A stretch of 57,683 nt of DNA, filler included, from Sphacelaria rigidula (taxonomy: Eukaryota): assembly GCA_964200075.2 (NCBI GenBank). It is 7 parts of 7 records of this genome, joined end to end, with 100 filler letters (N's around TTAATTAATTAA, not from the genome) between each part and the next. Parts side by side here need not be neighbours in the genome. Positions count along the whole stretch, not along the records: positions 8,257 to 16,412 come from CAXNAA020012101.1; positions 16,513 to 24,667 come from CAXNAA020012102.1; positions 24,768 to 32,922 come from CAXNAA020012103.1; 4 more parts are not named here. One strand, written 5' to 3'. Shown here one piece after another: positions 13,300 through 28,100 of the stretch (the stretch's first letter is position 1; each line of letters starts with the position of its first letter). A program made the position numbers and the translations under genes. The notes under the pieces were generated by a model, which saw only the letters and a list, made by a program, of their open reading frames with translations, did no database searches and was not told the DNA's origin.

Positions 13300-13546
13300 T
13301 TTTGTTGTTATTGCTGATTTTGTTTGTTTTTGTTGTTGTTTGATGTTGATGGTGGTGTTGTTTTTGTCGTTATCGCTGCCCCCTTTCTTTCCTTTCTGAG
13401 GCCGTTGCTTCTGTCTTTTTCTGTTCCTTTCTTTCTTTTTTCTCTTTCATTATTATGTTCTACTTTTGCTGCTCCTGACCACGGGCTGGATTGTTGCAAT
13501 CAGCCAATATGAGACAATCAATCAATCAATCAAGCAAGCAAGCAAT
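13300..13546 (+). mobile_element. Non-LTR retroelement 3' end with (CAAT)n tail; close copy at 55420-55660
   Basis: T-rich tract + GACCACGGGCTGGATTGTTGCAATC...GAGACAATCAATCAATC. Related CCACGGCTGGA ends lie at ~35978, ~36730 (no tail), ~39873, 49770-49855 (-) and 20545-20630 (-, more diverged). Confidence 0.75.
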
Positions 13547-14332
13547 ATATGAGTACATATCTACTCACACAGGTGAAGAACAATGCGTGAGTTCAACGGG
13601 ACCCTCGCCACGCAAACCTGGACGAACTCTCGTTGGCCATACCGTCCTCCGTGGAAAATGACTCACTTTTGCCGATGTCACAGGGCAATCCAGCGGCGTC
13701 GCCAACGGTCAAGAGCTTAGAGGGTACTGGTTTCTGACACGGGCTGAAGGAAGCCCTTCCATGAATATGCACACGACGTTCAATCGAGGTTTGCATTCAA
13801 CAGCATCAGCTAGGACACCTGCATGTATCTTATTTTTCATACTTTCTATGCTTTTCAGACTTCGTTTCTACGGCGCGTGGATGCTGACCTTCGGATAGGT
13901 GACTCCGTGCCTATGGCGACGCCGTTGCTCCCTGGCTCTGTGCCAACTCTGGAAGCACGCCAGGCATCCGAACACATTAAGGCACAGAGCGAGGTCCATG
14001 TTGCGGAATAGAGCCGCTGCCACCAGTAGATTCGTCATGCTCTGCTTGATGTTGGCGGCGTTTTGTCATCATCCGTTGTTGTTTCTGTTAGTGGCGGTGT
14101 TGGTGTTGATGGTGTTGGTCATGCTAGTGGCGGTGGTGGTGGTGGCAATGATGGTGTTCACGCTAGCGTTATAGGGTGAGGGCTAGGGAAGCGGAGTCGC
14201 GGAACGCGTATAGATTGGAAAGCATGCACCCAAAACCCAACACAACATGTTGCGCGCAACCCACACAGTAGACGAATATATCGCGATGCGTACAAAGTGT
14301 GCAAAAACACTTGATCATGTGGCCATTACAAA

Positions 14333-14366
14333 CTGCTACTACTACCACTACCACTACCACTACCAA

Positions 14367-14403
<37 letters not shown>

Positions 14404-14410
14404 GCTACTC
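14333..14410. repeat. (TAC/CAC)n microsatellite
   Basis: Directly visible. Other SSRs: (ACA)n ~3996-4036 and 10237-10265, (GT)n 15772-15795, (GCAAG)n 24017-24060, (TGG)n 55422-55450. Confidence 0.95.
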
Positions 14411-15374
14411 TGGAGCAACTACCAACTATACCGCCGTATGTTACGCAGTGGATTCACCCGGAGTGAATACGGATACTACCTCGACTTTAGCTTTGAACAC
14501 GAAGCCCCACACTGCCAGAACAGATCCGCATGACCGAAAGATCTCGATGGGGTAGTTTTCACGTACAACGACACAACGCTCAGCTGCGTGGCGACCGCAG
14601 TGCGCGAGAAAACCGAAGCTCGGTTTATTGCATTCTCTGCGCTATGAGATCCACTCCGTGTGATACGCACGGTATTTCGTACATGCTGCATCGCTCATGC
14701 CTCTGTGACGAGCTTCGGCACGCGCGAAAATCGGAGTTCCTGCCTGGCAGATCGCAAAGCCCGGTTCCGGACCATCTTGACTGGTTGATTCATTGATTCA
14801 TGGATGATTGGCTCACATTTGAATGATCCACGCGGAAGCAGCTGTGGTCACACGATGTATGTACTGTTTACCGAAGGGAGACAAAGAGGCAAGTAGAATA
14901 ACACTCTCGAGAGGGAAAACTCGAGTGGAAAAATATGAGGGAAAGCAAACAAGCCCTGCCAAAAACAGAACAAGAGCAAAAAAAACACGATGAACAACAC
15001 TCTCAACTGAGGGGAGTCGCCTCCAGGATCTCAAGAAAGGCCCAAATAAAATTATAAAAACGACCGCTGACAACGCCACTACAGCTGCTGCTGTATAATG
15101 GAATCAACAGGTCATCGCACGCGGCTTTCTCGTGTATATCATCGACTTGACAAAAAATGGAAGATACGAAACAAATCCAATCCATGACCCATCACTGAAA
15201 TCCTACCGAGAGGCTGCGTGTTCTCAGTAAATGTCCATCACGGAGGATGACTGCTTGACTACGGGCGGGCGAAAAAAAAAGACACCAGGTGAGGTGGATA
15301 ATCTGAACTGTAACACCGACCGGGCGGATAATCCGTACATCTTTTCTTTCGTGTTCACGTTCGATCCCTATCCG

Positions 15375-15665
15375 TCCTCAGGACAAACCCGCGGTCTCAA
15401 GGGATGAAACCATGTTTCTCTCCCAGCACACGCCTTGCTCTATGGCGTCGTGGATTGGATCAGCACTCCCGCACCGCGTCAACTTTCGTCAAACAATCTC
15501 AGTCAACTCTCTTTTTTTGTCACTGACATCATCACGCCTTTAAAGGTGGAGAGCAGATACTGTACTTCGCAGCAAAGAATCGCATGCATCTGGGGGGAAT
15601 TAAACCTGCCGTCTTCCCACCGTAATCGTGTTAGTCGGAACATTGGGCCACCGGGGCGAGCCATC
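15375..15665 (-). mobile_element. tRNA-derived SINE (core family), diverged
   Basis: Minus-strand head GCTCGCCCCGGTGGCCCAATG...GGTTTAATTCCC, then core ...CCCTTGAGACCGCGG. Confidence 0.65.
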
Positions 15666-18600
15666 ACAACACTGCCGAAGACGTTCTCTTTCTTTTGGAA
15701 TCTCCGAGGGCAACAAGAGTGATCTTTACTTTTTGCAAACAGTCGCGTGTGTCGTACGTATGCGTATCTCCTGTGTGTGTGTGTGTGTGTGTGTGATACA
15801 TCACTTTGCTCCCCCAAGAGACGAAAGTCTCAAAATCGAACGAACAAACGCCCGAATGAGCCGAGGAATCATATCCTGGAGACTGCCTCGCAAAAAAGTG
15901 TAAGAATTGTCAGGTTACCGCAAGTACATACCGCGGAGTCATCATCTATTCGTGTCGATGACAGCAATACTTTCACTTTTCCCGCTTAGTTTTCGAAGGG
16001 TCCCGATTTCGAACCTCGGCCCCATCGCCGCGATGAAGCAGGAACAAAACCAAATCCTCGTCAAAGTGAAGCGTTCAACAATAAGGCACAAACGTGGTGG
16101 AAATGAGCAAGAATAATTCACAAACGCACGAACATGTTCTCTGTGAATATCGTTGGTTGGGTGCACAACACAACACATGCGACGTATACTCGGGAAAAGG
16201 TGCAAAACTCTCCCCACTCCTCGACGACGAAACGAGTGTTCTGTACGAACCTTTTTTCGTCGCAGAAACGCTGGAAGAGGTTCACAAAAGGGGATGAAAG
16301 AGGGGCGCGCGCGGGGGGGGGGGGGGGGGGGGGGGTACTTTTTTTTTGTTTGCCTTGGTCGTTTGACCATTGACCCCCCCTCCCTTTCGAGACGGGGCCC
16401 CCTTCCTCCCCCNNNNNNNNNNNNNNNNNNNNNNNNNNNNNNNNNNNNNNNNNNNNTTAATTAATTAANNNNNNNNNNNNNNNNNNNNNNNNNNNNNNNN
16501 NNNNNNNNNNNNGTTCCGTGCAAGAGAGATATGCCACTTCAGCCTCATATTTTGTATGAACCCCAAAAAATAAAATCGGCTGTTTAATGCAGATTGCGAT
16601 AAGGGCCGTGCAGAATAGAACTCACGACCACGGAACCTTTCTTGGCATGCCCAGTGAAACAAGGTACCTCTGGCGGTGGCTTAGCTGCTGCTGGCGTGGC
16701 CAACATGGAGGCTGGCATGCTATAACCTGTGAGCTGTGGTGCGCTGTTGCTGATGTACGGTCAATACGCACTGGGAGACAGGCAGGGGCCATACCTCCAA
16801 CATTTTCATCGCCGTTCACTCTGCAGACGCCAGCCACCACGAGCTTTTGCCTGACGCAAGATATGGTTCAACGACGAGCAAGGGCGTTCTTATAGCGTAG
16901 GGACTCTTGCCGTTTCATTTTGTGGCCCACGCCGTCGAGCGCTGGCAAGTCTTGTCCAAGATAGGTTGGGTTAGGTGGTGGCCGAGTGCTGCTGTTGTTC
17001 CCCTCGCTGAAGCCCGTACGGTTCATAGTCGCTGACTGTACCCAGGGATATGCACGTTGGAATGTGTTGAGTTATGTGGAACAAAAATGGACGGAACTCA
17101 AAAATGTGTTCTTGAAAGCCTCGAAACGGCTGCGAAAAGCTCGCAGAAAGCTTTCGTCGGCTTCCCGAGGGCATGAAGTGTTCGTCAAAACATGAAGATA
17201 TACGATGCTACAGTCTGTCGCGCATGTAGGAAAAATCGTAATACACAGACGCTTGCAAATGCGTAAACCCTCCCGTTTTTGTCTCTTTGAAACGTTTCCA
17301 GCAACGAAATTTCGATTCGGGAACTGGGAAGGTGACACTTGTTCCCTGAAGACCATTCCCCACATATCATCCCGGAGGTGTTCGACACAATCGATATTCT
17401 GCAGCCTAGAAGGGGGGGGGGGGGGGGGGGGGGGTGAAGGTTTTGGGGGAGGGGTGGAAGGTGGGGTATGCGTGCTAACTCTTTGGGGGAAAGAAGGAAC
17501 AAAAAAGGTGCCANNNNNNNNNNTGGGCGGGGGGGCTGGGTGGCGGGTGGGGTGGGGTGGGTGGTGGTGGGGGGTTCAATGGCCTTGTGCAAGGCAGTTC
17601 AGTTTAGGATTACCTGCTACAATTTTGTGTCAGAAAATCATCAAACGGAATCCAGCTTACACCACTTCGTGATACATGGCGATCAACGCGTGTCCTGTTT
17701 TTTCTCGACATCAAAGCAGAATATCTACGGAACACGTGAGCCATCAACGGGGCGGCATTTGGCGTCGTTACTCCTTCGTCCCGGGCTTGTACACTCTTTC
17801 GTGTAGGCAGCTGCCGGCAGTATCTCTAGTAATATATTGGAATGAGAGCCAACTTTTTGGGGCTTCACAAATAATGTCCCACTGTTTGTTGTTTTGGTGT
17901 ACAAGAGATGGGCGTACAACACACAAGGTGAATATTTGTGTCGAGGAAAATAACAACTCAAGGCTGCCTACATATTGCTCGCAAAATTTAGCTCCAGAGT
18001 TTTCCATCAGTGTTTTGAGATTGAAAGGTGTGATGTTTTCCGAATAAATCGGAAACGTGTGAGAATACTGTCTCCTTAAAAACGATCCTCAGTGCTTGCT
18101 CACCTGAAGGGCAGTTATGATTCAATACACGGAGCATGTTCAAGATTTTTGCTGCTTTTCTCCAGTCTCCTCAGACAGAAACAAGTGACCCATAAAAGTG
18201 GGGGCAGAATCTCGCATCGCTCTCTTACGTCAGCGTCTCGTCCATCCATGGGAGACACGCAACCAACAGTCTTCCGAATAGATTATGACTCTCGATCGTG
18301 TCCTCTACTCTCAATCTCACCAGAGTACTGTGTGATGCGGATATCCTACAAGCGGCCACCCATTCACCTCCTTTTTAATGGGTGATCGACTAGGGCGAAG
18401 AATTTGTGTCGACTGAACGCCATGCAGCGGAGGCACCGCGCGACCGACCGACAAGGTTCCACTGCGCTCTGATCCAGTACATCATGATAATGTCGGTGTG
18501 CAGCCGTGTGGCGGCTGAGCTTTCATGCACATTTGAATCTTTGTGATCTCCCGCATATAACCGATCATACCCTACACCAATCGCCGGATCTCTTGGATCT

Positions 18601-21600
18601 GCGGAGCGATAAGCAACATACCACAATGTCTTGCTCGTTGGGCTCTTTCGACCTTTTCGGCAAGGTACAGGTTCAGAAATGGGAGCATCCTCGAGGCTAC
18701 TCGGGGTGCCCTCTGTGGAGCCCGCAGGAGGGTCACCATTGCGCAAAAAAGGGTACGCACGTGAACACATAGAGGGAGTGTGCACGTGCACAAAAAAGGA
18801 CACTATGTAAATCTTCAGCTGAGAGCGGTGTATGCCCCGGGGGTTTGTTATCAAAATGAGGTGCTTTAACAACCTCACTTCTTCTGCGCCCTAGTTGACC
18901 CTGGAACAGGGCGTTTCTGCGGTTTCTCCTTGTTCCGTTCGGAAAGGCCCTCAGGGAGAAATGTGAAATACTTTACTTTGTATACATGAACCATGCTGGC
19001 TGGCTTCGCCATACTCCGGATATCGACAACCATACTTTCGGTTGTTGCTGTTGGTGTTTTCGCCCCGTCGCGACCGTCAAGGTTTCAGCTGTGGAGTCAC
19101 CTTCCGGCTTCGGTGTTATAAAACGGCACCATGTGTAGACGCCTGAGTGGCTCCCACGGTTGTGCTCGTGTCTTGTAGTAGCCTCACTGGTCCTGTAATA
19201 CTTGGCATGACCTTTTTTCACTGTTCGCCACTTGACATGCTCAAAACACTCAAAATTACTTTTGACGTCCCCTGATCAATCCATCAGCATACTGTTGTAC
19301 TGCACACCACATAAATATGCCATCGCATAGTCACCTCTCTCTCTCAACAACAAAAGGCCTTGGGAGATATCCCTGGAAAATCACACTGGAGATATCTACA
19401 CACCCGTTCCCCCATTGCCGCCAAGGAGAAATGGCAAAAGTATTGGAACTACTGGCGGGGCCCGATGCCTCCCTGCAACTGTACAGTGACTACGATGCCG
19501 ATACAGGTTGTGCTGACTTCGCGGTTGTTCGTAGGTGTATATATGCACCACTCCCTCAAAGGCTGACATACAGCACTTGCTAGCGTCAAACGCCGTCACA
19601 GCTTTCTCCAACACCAGCCAAGGCCTTGACAGATAAGCGCTGTACGGCAACCATGTGCCGGTATGACAACAAACACGTGAAGTGTTGAGGACAGAGTTTG
19701 ATGACACGGCGTACACCTCAAGAAGATCCGCCATCCGTATCCTATCAGCGTTTCACCCCGGTTTATACAATTGCTACCACCCGACCAGAGGCAAGCCAAT
19801 CTCCTTGCCTCTCTGTAGTCAACGAGGTTCGTCAAAACGTGAGCTACAGCTCATCCGCGTACAGCTTGCCGTACAAATCAATGGCGCAAAGTGGGAGCCC
19901 ATGTCCCGCCCTGCCCAAAAGCAGAATTCACAGCATCGCACGAGAGGGGGGTCTAAGGGTAAGAAGAGGGTGTCGTACAGTTAGAAGAGGCTGATGAAAA
20001 CTATCGGGATGCCGATGTCCACAAAATAAAGGTTGAGAGTTAATGAAGTAATGAAATGGAATAATGTTGTGTGTCGTACCATCGCCACGGCTGGGAAGCG
20101 CGAGTGTCGCCAGTGATGGGGTCGAGGGGGGAAAAGGGGAGATATGAAACAGAGCTGACATGATGCATTTTGTGTATACTGCAGCACGCACCACACAACG
20201 GAGAAAGATACGCACATCCACACACTGAACCATGACACACACATTCACGCACTGGAAAATGACACGCACATAAGCACACTGGAGGATGATGCACACACAC
20301 ATACACGACGGGGTTGACACACAGACCTGCCATTGTTGCCCGTAGTTCTAAGACGCACGAAGCGGAACGCTTTCCCCATGGTGTCGACTTTCCACGTGCC
20401 CACTCCGTAGGGCGAGCGCAACGAAGGAGGCGAAGCCCTCACGTCTTGGGTAACGATCACCCACCTTTTCGATGGCACGAAAAAAAAAGGGGGAAATAAG
20501 CACACAAGGTAACGAGGTGAACTGATGTAACCACTGTTCACTCGTGAGTTTGATGGATTGATCGTCTGCGCTTCAACTGATCTCTATCAGGGATCATCGA
20601 GGCCTGGACACATGATGGACGTACCCACGACAAAAAAAAACTGAACACTCGCTGAAAAAGAGTGAAGAAAGGAAAAAAAAAAAAAAACAGAAAAGGTACA
20701 CCAAACAGAGCAGACCAAGGAAAAAATAAAAAAATAAAAAGACAGAAGAAAAAAATTGCAATGGCCGGCCTGTGTCACATGGCTTCGGTGGAAAGGGCTC
20801 GCGCAGAAACCACAGTCACACCCAATCGTGAAGAGAAAAGGTTGTGGGGAAAAAGTACGGCTCATCTTCCACGTGTGGCAACACATAAACAAAAAGAACC
20901 CCCCCTCTCCTTCACCGAGGAGTGAGAAAGTCACGAATTCAGTGCGCTTAAATAAAACGCAGATAAGAAGACAAGAGAAACGAAAATATACTGATATCAT
21001 GGAAGTGGGCGGCTTCTCCGGCACAGATCACGGCATCATATCATACTGTCATTTACACACCATGCGCAGCTGCAGTTGCACAACAAGTATCCTCCACACC
21101 GTGGCTACACCAGCGCAGGAGCTTGAATAATTGCAGGCAGCGAGCTAGTCAGCGATGAATCACGTTCACAAGTGTCGAAAAGTGCAAAAGTCCGCACGTC
21201 TGACGACAACAAGACACGCCACTTCCCACACGAAAATATTGTCACGTTTGCGAAATATTATTTTTCTAATTGTCGTCATATTTGTGTCATTACTCATCGT
21301 TTCGTGTGATACGACAGTTGAGATAGTTCATGCGTCGTGCACCACGGCCGAAAACTGCCGAATGAAGTGAAAGCCTGTTCAAATCTCACTTTAAGGAAAA
21401 AAAAAAAAATATATATATAACACATTCTTCTCTTGCTTTCACACCACAAAACCATCAAGAGGCAAATGAGCAAAGAAAACAGAATCCCTGGCTAACCGAA
21501 AAAAATAAAAACATGGACAACACCACATGCTGAGTTCGTTGTCACGGTGTGTGTGTGAATAACCCTTCCATCAGACGGAGGCCGTATCACCGAACTATTT

Positions 21601-22819
21601 TTTCAGGGCTCTGGTTGTTGAGAATACTCGAGACCGCTCTGCTGTTCTAGTTCTTGTCGACTACGTGTGAACTAAGGGATCCCATCTGCAGTGTCCTGGC
21701 CGGTGGATCTTCATATTCTTGGAGTCAGCAAACCAGTGCAACACATGACCGCTAAAGCGTTAAAATTAATAAAAGGTGTTTCAACTGTGCCCCGACACCA
21801 GGTTATCGTCGGCGCCCGATGAGAAGACCATGACCATGCTCCTCCGCAAGACTTGGTACCGCGAGGACCGTGCTCATATTCGTGCAAGGCGTGTTCGCGG
21901 ATGAGTTCGGAGCACACGCAGGGACCGTGACAGCGAATGGTCTCTCGTGAAGACGAGGGCAGCTAGTAAGCAGACTCGTGCCGAGGGGAAACCATTCGAG
22001 CAAGCTGTCTAGGGGTGAGAGTTTGCTGAACCCCAAGAATGCAATCTACACGTTGGTTCCTAAAAGAGTATTCATCTTTTGATCCCGACCCGTCTCCAGA
22101 TAGCAAAAAAATCGCCAAAGGTCGATTGGGGTTCGGACCTGCGGTATTCCAAGTGACGGTACTAAATCGGCCCGTGGGTGTTGAGCACTTGTGTATAAAT
22201 TAGCGCCGAGGAAACCCCTGACCGGTGTTGTTGAGCCAACTGAAGTGCACATTTTTTTCGGTCCATTTTGTTGCGGCGGGTGCTCCCATTTTTCGCAACT
22301 GATGCACGCTGAGCTACCACTACTGCGGCGATAAGCACAACCAACATATATCTGCCCATGCTTTCGCGGAGTTGATACTTTCGGGTCAACGCCACTATCG
22401 CCTCCACTGTACTGTTTTGTTTTGTCACACATTTAGCACCCCCCCCCTTCCCCCCCCCCCCTCGGCGTGTACTAATGTACACGTGTACTCATGAACATGG
22501 TAAGACACCCAGCAGGCAGTGTATAAGCCGTGGCTGTCTCCGGAAGTGGCGATACTACAGAATAAAGCAACCCATTATAGGCCATCATCAAAATGCAAGA
22601 TAATCAGTAGGCTCCGGGCCGAACAATCTTAGCCGGATGCAGCTCACCCTGCATGCGACTCGCCGAACACACCACGGCGCTTCGCGCTTGGTGATTGAGT
22701 GCGAGCCTGGTCCGGCGAAAACCCAGCGTGCTCCGTGTTGGCTTTGTAGGGATGCAAGGCCAATGGTCTTATAACTATGGCACGCATGGTCATGAGTACC
22801 CCCCACCCACCCCCTCCAC

Positions 22820-23225
22820 CGGAATCGTAATGAGCACCGTAATGTTGGAGGTGTATCTATCAGGAGTAGGAACCGTGCTCTGTCTCGAAAAGGATGCGTG
22901 GTCAATGGTCAAACGGCCAAGACAAGCAACAAATGAGTACACCCTTCCCCCCCCGGCCGGACGAGTCCGTGGTCTCAAGGGAACAACTCATCTCTACTCC
23001 CTTGAGTATTGCGGATTGGATCATGACCAAGCACCCCCGCGTCGCGTCGACTCTCGCCAAGCAAACAAAAGTAAGTATTCCTGCTGCTCACATACTCCCG
23101 TTTCTAAGGACGAAAATCAGATATCTCGCAGAAAAAATCCAAACAAAATGCATCTGGCGGGAATCGTACCCACGTTTCCCTCGACCTAATGGTGAAGGTA
23201 TTACCATCAGACCATCGACGAGCAG
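22820..23225 (-). mobile_element. Near full-length SINE (core family, long tail variant)
   Basis: B-box-like GGTACGATTCCCG (23158-23170), core GAGTCGACGCG...CCCTTGAGACCACGGACTCGTCC, and the GTACTCATTTGTTGC tail. Colinear with 7570-7955. Confidence 0.75.
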
Positions 23226-24767
23226 CGGCCTGCACTTTTCTGTTCTGTAATGTAGCCCCCCCTGACCCCGCCTCCATGGAAACCCCTGCACTGTCAGCCC
23301 CCTGATTCTGTCTTGACACGAAGCAATGATGCTTGTAGTCAAGATCCCGAAAAGACACTCGCAGTTGGAGGGTTCAACGTCAAAAGCGCTTACATTTTTA
23401 TGGTGGCGTCGTACCCCTCGCACACCCAGTTCACCAAGTCGCACCCGTCTGTCGGAGAGCCGTGGCAGAGCGAGTAGTGGCTCACTTCCATGCGCCTAGG
23501 GAGTTACCAGATCGGGAAATACACGGAAGCGAGACGCGGAGGACGGGTTAACGTTCGTTACACTGACGCAAAAAGGTACTGAACAAAGCGCGAAGCAAGA
23601 GGTGTGATGAAGTCTCGACAGTTCACTCTTTTGGAACCGGAACTCCAGAGCGACCGATGATGCCCCTGAAGGGTGGTCGTCGGTGAATGATGGTAATTAC
23701 AACGAAATGATGATACAGTCAGACACGAAGTAAACAAGTACAGATAGTCGTCCAGCATAAAGTCGTGGTGAAATATTTCTGCGCTGCGGGGCAAATACCA
23801 GCGGTCTCCAGCAACAGCATGTTGCGACAGCCAAGGCCTCTGTCGTTGGCGCCACTGGCGCCATTGCAGCTTCAGGGGGGGAGGGTGTAGTCATGATCAT
23901 GCGTGCCGTAGTCATAAGACCATTGGGGGGCGTACTCATTCGTTGTCTTGCCTCAAGGGTAAGGCAGGTAGTATTATGTCGGGATCCAGCCCAGATACTG
24001 TACCGTACAACTCGGAGGCAAGGCAAGGCAAGGCAAGGCAAGGCAAGGCAAGGCAAGCAACACCCGAGCTCGTTGTAGACAAGATACCGCATAACCCTAC
24101 GTAGGCCAGGCCATTCGCCGGCTAGCCCTACGCAGGTACCACAACCGGGGGCGGAGGCCGTCAGTGCGGGATGCGGGCAGGCCTTGCGGAGAGGGCATAG
24201 GCAAGAGCAAGCCTCGGTAGAGAAAAAACACAGGATATAGATCGAGTGCAGGGAAAACTAACGGGAGGGAGGCGCCAGCAATCTGAGCAAGCGCAAGAGG
24301 AAGGCAGGGAACAGTGAATCTCCGCTTGCACGTGGCGGCGTGGGTTTTGACCTGGAATCAGATCACGGCGAGACGGGTTGGGCGGTTAGGGGAGGAGGTG
24401 CTCCTTTGATGATAAGAAGCTGCGCGCTCTCACGTCTAAGATTCTCAAAAGGTATCAACGGGTCACCTGCGTTCGTGCACGGTGTGCATGTACCGTCCGC
24501 AAAATAAGAGTGCTGTATGGCTACGAAGTGATCACAAAGTGATAGCTGCGTATACTTCGGTAGCGTGATTTGTTGCGCTGAGACAAGTAACTATGGCATG
24601 CATACGAGCTGGGCCAGCCCAGAAACGGATTTAACCTGGCAGAGCAATATCTCATCACCGGAAACGANNNNNNNNNNNNNNNNNNNNNNNNNNNNNNNNN
24701 NNNNNNNNNNNTTAATTAATTAANNNNNNNNNNNNNNNNNNNNNNNNNNNNNNNNNNNNNNNNNNNN

Positions 24768-24839
24768 CGGGAATCGAACCCCCCAACTCAACCATCAGAA
24801 GGTTACGAGGTTACCAACTGAGCCACCGGGGCGACCGGC
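24768..24839 (-). mobile_element. tRNA-like head of a second SINE family (truncated by contig edge)
   Basis: GCCGGTCGCCCCGGTGGCTCAGTTGGTAACCTCG...GGTTCGATTCCCG carries A and B boxes; same head as 36575-36654. Confidence 0.75.
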
Positions 24840-25189
24840 AATCAGGTACAAGGGCAAATGCATCTGCGGTTAAGTAACCATAACCGTGTGTGGATCAAGG
24901 TCGAGTTTTGTGAGATTCTGGAGACGGGTGGCGCGACTATTGGCGGGTGACGATATCTCGAATCGCGGTTGTCTGAGTTCGTTGGTTTGTTTTGTTCTCT
25001 TGCTTTGATTGACATGTCGTCGGGGCAAGCGAGGTCAAATCAGGCTGCTGGGGCAGGCGGCAAGGGCAAACGTGAGGCAAGTGGAGGAGAACACCCCCCC
25101 CCCCCGTCCGACAGGAGCCTTCGTGTGACGCATCCGTTACTACAGGCGATTTTACAGGTGGTGGTGCTTCTTCGTAGTTGGGGTGGATC

Positions 25190-28100
25190 ATGTCGAGTCC
25201 ACCGGAGGAAGGGATAACGATGGGTCTTCCGCGAGCCACGGTTCAAAAGATTGACACGTTGGACAATTAAGTTGAGGAGTTGATTGACAGCTTGGACCAC
25301 GTGAGCAACCGCTTGGATCGCGTCGCAACTAAATTGGACGACACCAAGGCGGGTGAGAGAAGTTTGGCGTTGCAGCTCACGAACAACAACGACGGGGTTC
25401 GCCGAATGAGGAGGTGTTAACCGTCTGGCATCACCAGGGACCAGACCTATCACACCAGGGACTGGCTTAATCACATCAAGTGCTGGCTCTATCAGCCGCT
25501 CCGATGACGGCAATGTGCCCCACGCAGCGCCGGGTAGGGGTGCTGTCGTAGACGCGGCTTGGTCGCTCGGTAGTGAAGGTGACGATGTGGCATTGACGTC
25601 GCGAAGCCGTCCGGCGGTGGTGTGGTCAGGCATGTTGGCTATACGCTCCGAGTCGTTAGGTGCGCCAGTTGGGCGTCACAGGTAATTTGCAAGTGCTGGC
25701 TAGGGTATCGGTAGACCTCGCCATTTCAACTTCGGTATACCGGCCGCATTCCGCATCCCCGCCGGCAGGTGGGGCAGTGTCAACCCGCAGACGTCGAACA
25801 TCGCCGGAGCTGACGCTGTGGGTGGGGTTGGGAGCGGTTGGGCGTATTTCCAGCGGTGGAGTGTTCCGAACCAAGCGGCAAATCAAGCAGCAACCTGGGC
25901 TGAAGTGGAACAAGGACGCAAGTATGAAGTGCGGGATCGCGTGCAGCTCTGGCAAGATTGATCCTCGCGCACTTCACCTCAGACAAATCGCAGAAGGTAC
26001 TACGCTCATTGATCCCCGTCTCGTCAAAGGTGGCAACGGAACACTTTCAAGCATCGACGTTGCAGCCATCATGCCGCGCGGCGCTGTAGGTTCCGGTGCG
26101 GGCGAAGAGTATTTCCTTGCAAGATCGATCGGGTTTGATGAGCGAGGTTTTTGTGCGCTTGTTGGGTGCCGGTTCAGGGACGCCGTCTGGTGCGGAGGAG
26201 GCGTAGTGCGCCAGGCGGATGGAGGTGCTTCAGACGGCCGTCTGGTGCAAGGATAATCTTATTACACAAACGCCGATTTTCCATGGTGGTCCAGCCTGCG
26301 GCCACCGGTGCCATGGCGCACATCATCAACTCCGACCTCGGCAAGGGATCGGATACCCTGGTGTAATGGTCGCAGCATATCTATGCCCGGAATTGCTCTC
26401 CCCCGCCAAACACCGGCGTATAGGCGCGTAGTCATTTCCGCCTCTCCTCGCCTTCCCTTAGCTACGCTCGTTCATCGCAACCGGGTACGACACCATCAGA
26501 TAGTGAGAGCGGGGTATGTTGATGCGTCGGAAGTGGTGGGGGTGGGAAGTAACAGCGGTGTTGGTGGGAGTGGTGGGACGGGAAGCGGTGCCGGAACCGG
26601 CAGTCGTGGGGCGGCGACTGGGGGCACTGTTACCGCAGAAAGCGGGAAATCGGGAAATCGGCGGCTAAAAGAATTCGGCGAAGCCAGCCGTGCTTCGTGT
26701 TTCTCGACTCCGGGCAGTATCGATCGGGTGACAAATACTGGTATAGCCACGACGTACAACGAAATGGAGGTGGTGGTAACTCGAGTACCACCAGCAGCGG
26801 TGGCGGCAGTGGTGCGAGTCGATCTAGCGGGGCCCGCACACCCGACGCCGGGGTCCCGACGCTCGGCAATCACGGCGGTAGCAGGTCTTCTGCGCCTTCG
26901 TAGATGACGGTGTCGCGCGTGTGGAATTTGGACCGTAGTGATGGAAGTGATGGCGGGGGTGCTGCTCGTGAGGACGGCGGATCAACCGGTGGCAGCTAAC
27001 AGTGGCGCGTTGAAAAAGTTGGGGTAGGAGGACGGGCTTCGCCTCACAACGGGGCCAACCCAGTATAGGAATATCGGGATGCGCACGTGCCCGGAGAGGA
27101 TGGAATTGCGAAAGTTAAAGCGTTGCGCTCTGGGACCAGAGCAAAGCGAATGCAACAAGGAGATGCTGGTGTCAGATTCAATGGCTCATCTTGACTCTGG
27201 TATGCTAGGCGAGTGTAACGATGATCATTTCGACGTTGCCGGGGGTTGTGGAAAGATATGGTGAACCAATTGCGGAATCCGACCGGGATGCGGGCGGCGG
27301 CGCATCTTAACCGAATTGCTGATGTAAGCTCTGCCACGATGCATGCGTATGGCAGTGGTGTTACGGTTTTTGACACCTGGGTAGGGCAGAATCATGTGGA
27401 TCTCAGGCAGACGTCCATAGCGCTCGTCATTGGTTCGGTGACTTGAAGGTTTTCCCTCGAGCCGATTTCTTGGTACATGTGTTAAAACGGGGCGTAACCA
27501 TCGATGTCCAACCAGGTGCAGATTTGGTCAATGAGTTAGGCCCCGGAAATCATAGTGGCATGGACGATCACCAGGACCGTATATGCGAACAACTGCGCTT
27601 GGATGTTATGAACGATCGCACGTTGGTGTGTGACATTAAGCGAATCCTCGATGTATAATGTATGCTCGTGTTTTCCCACTGTGGGTGGTGGTGCATCCTA
27701 AATTTCGTATTTTGTATAATCCTACCTTTTTCCCTCCTCGATTGCCGTACACGAGTGTAAATGCGGACACCGATTTTTTGCAGGCACCGCCTTATGACGT
27801 AGGTGGGGTTTTATGTAAAGTTCTCGTACTCATCATGTTCATGCAGTAGAAAATTTTCCCCTCAGCATTCATTTTCGTAAGTAAATAACTTCATGTCGGA
27901 GAGGCGTTTCACCAGGTGTCAGTGGACACGGCCCGTGCCGCTTATTTCGGCTAGGTGTTGGGAGATATGGCTGTAGTTGACCCGTATTTGAGTTCGGTTG
28001 GCGCAGCCATCCCGCATTCTGGGGCTTGCTGGCGGTGGCTTTGAAACACTCGCACAACAACAAATCCCTTTTCACACTCGCGGTGACGCATATCAGCCGT

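Noticed and set aside
13575..14011. Two plus-strand terminal exons
   Set aside because: The acceptor at 13858 is plausible, but there is no consistent phase with the upstream piece and no recognisable protein.
24087..24097. Recurrent GCATAACCC motif (also 11382 - and 36184 -) as an element 5' end or HDV-like ribozyme
   Set aside because: Three hits of a 9-mer with no shared downstream sequence, and I could not build the nested pseudoknot.
25040..26907. Several 125-199-aa overlapping ORFs as host genes
   Set aside because: GC-rich alternative frames or fragments of the DIRS-like gag region.
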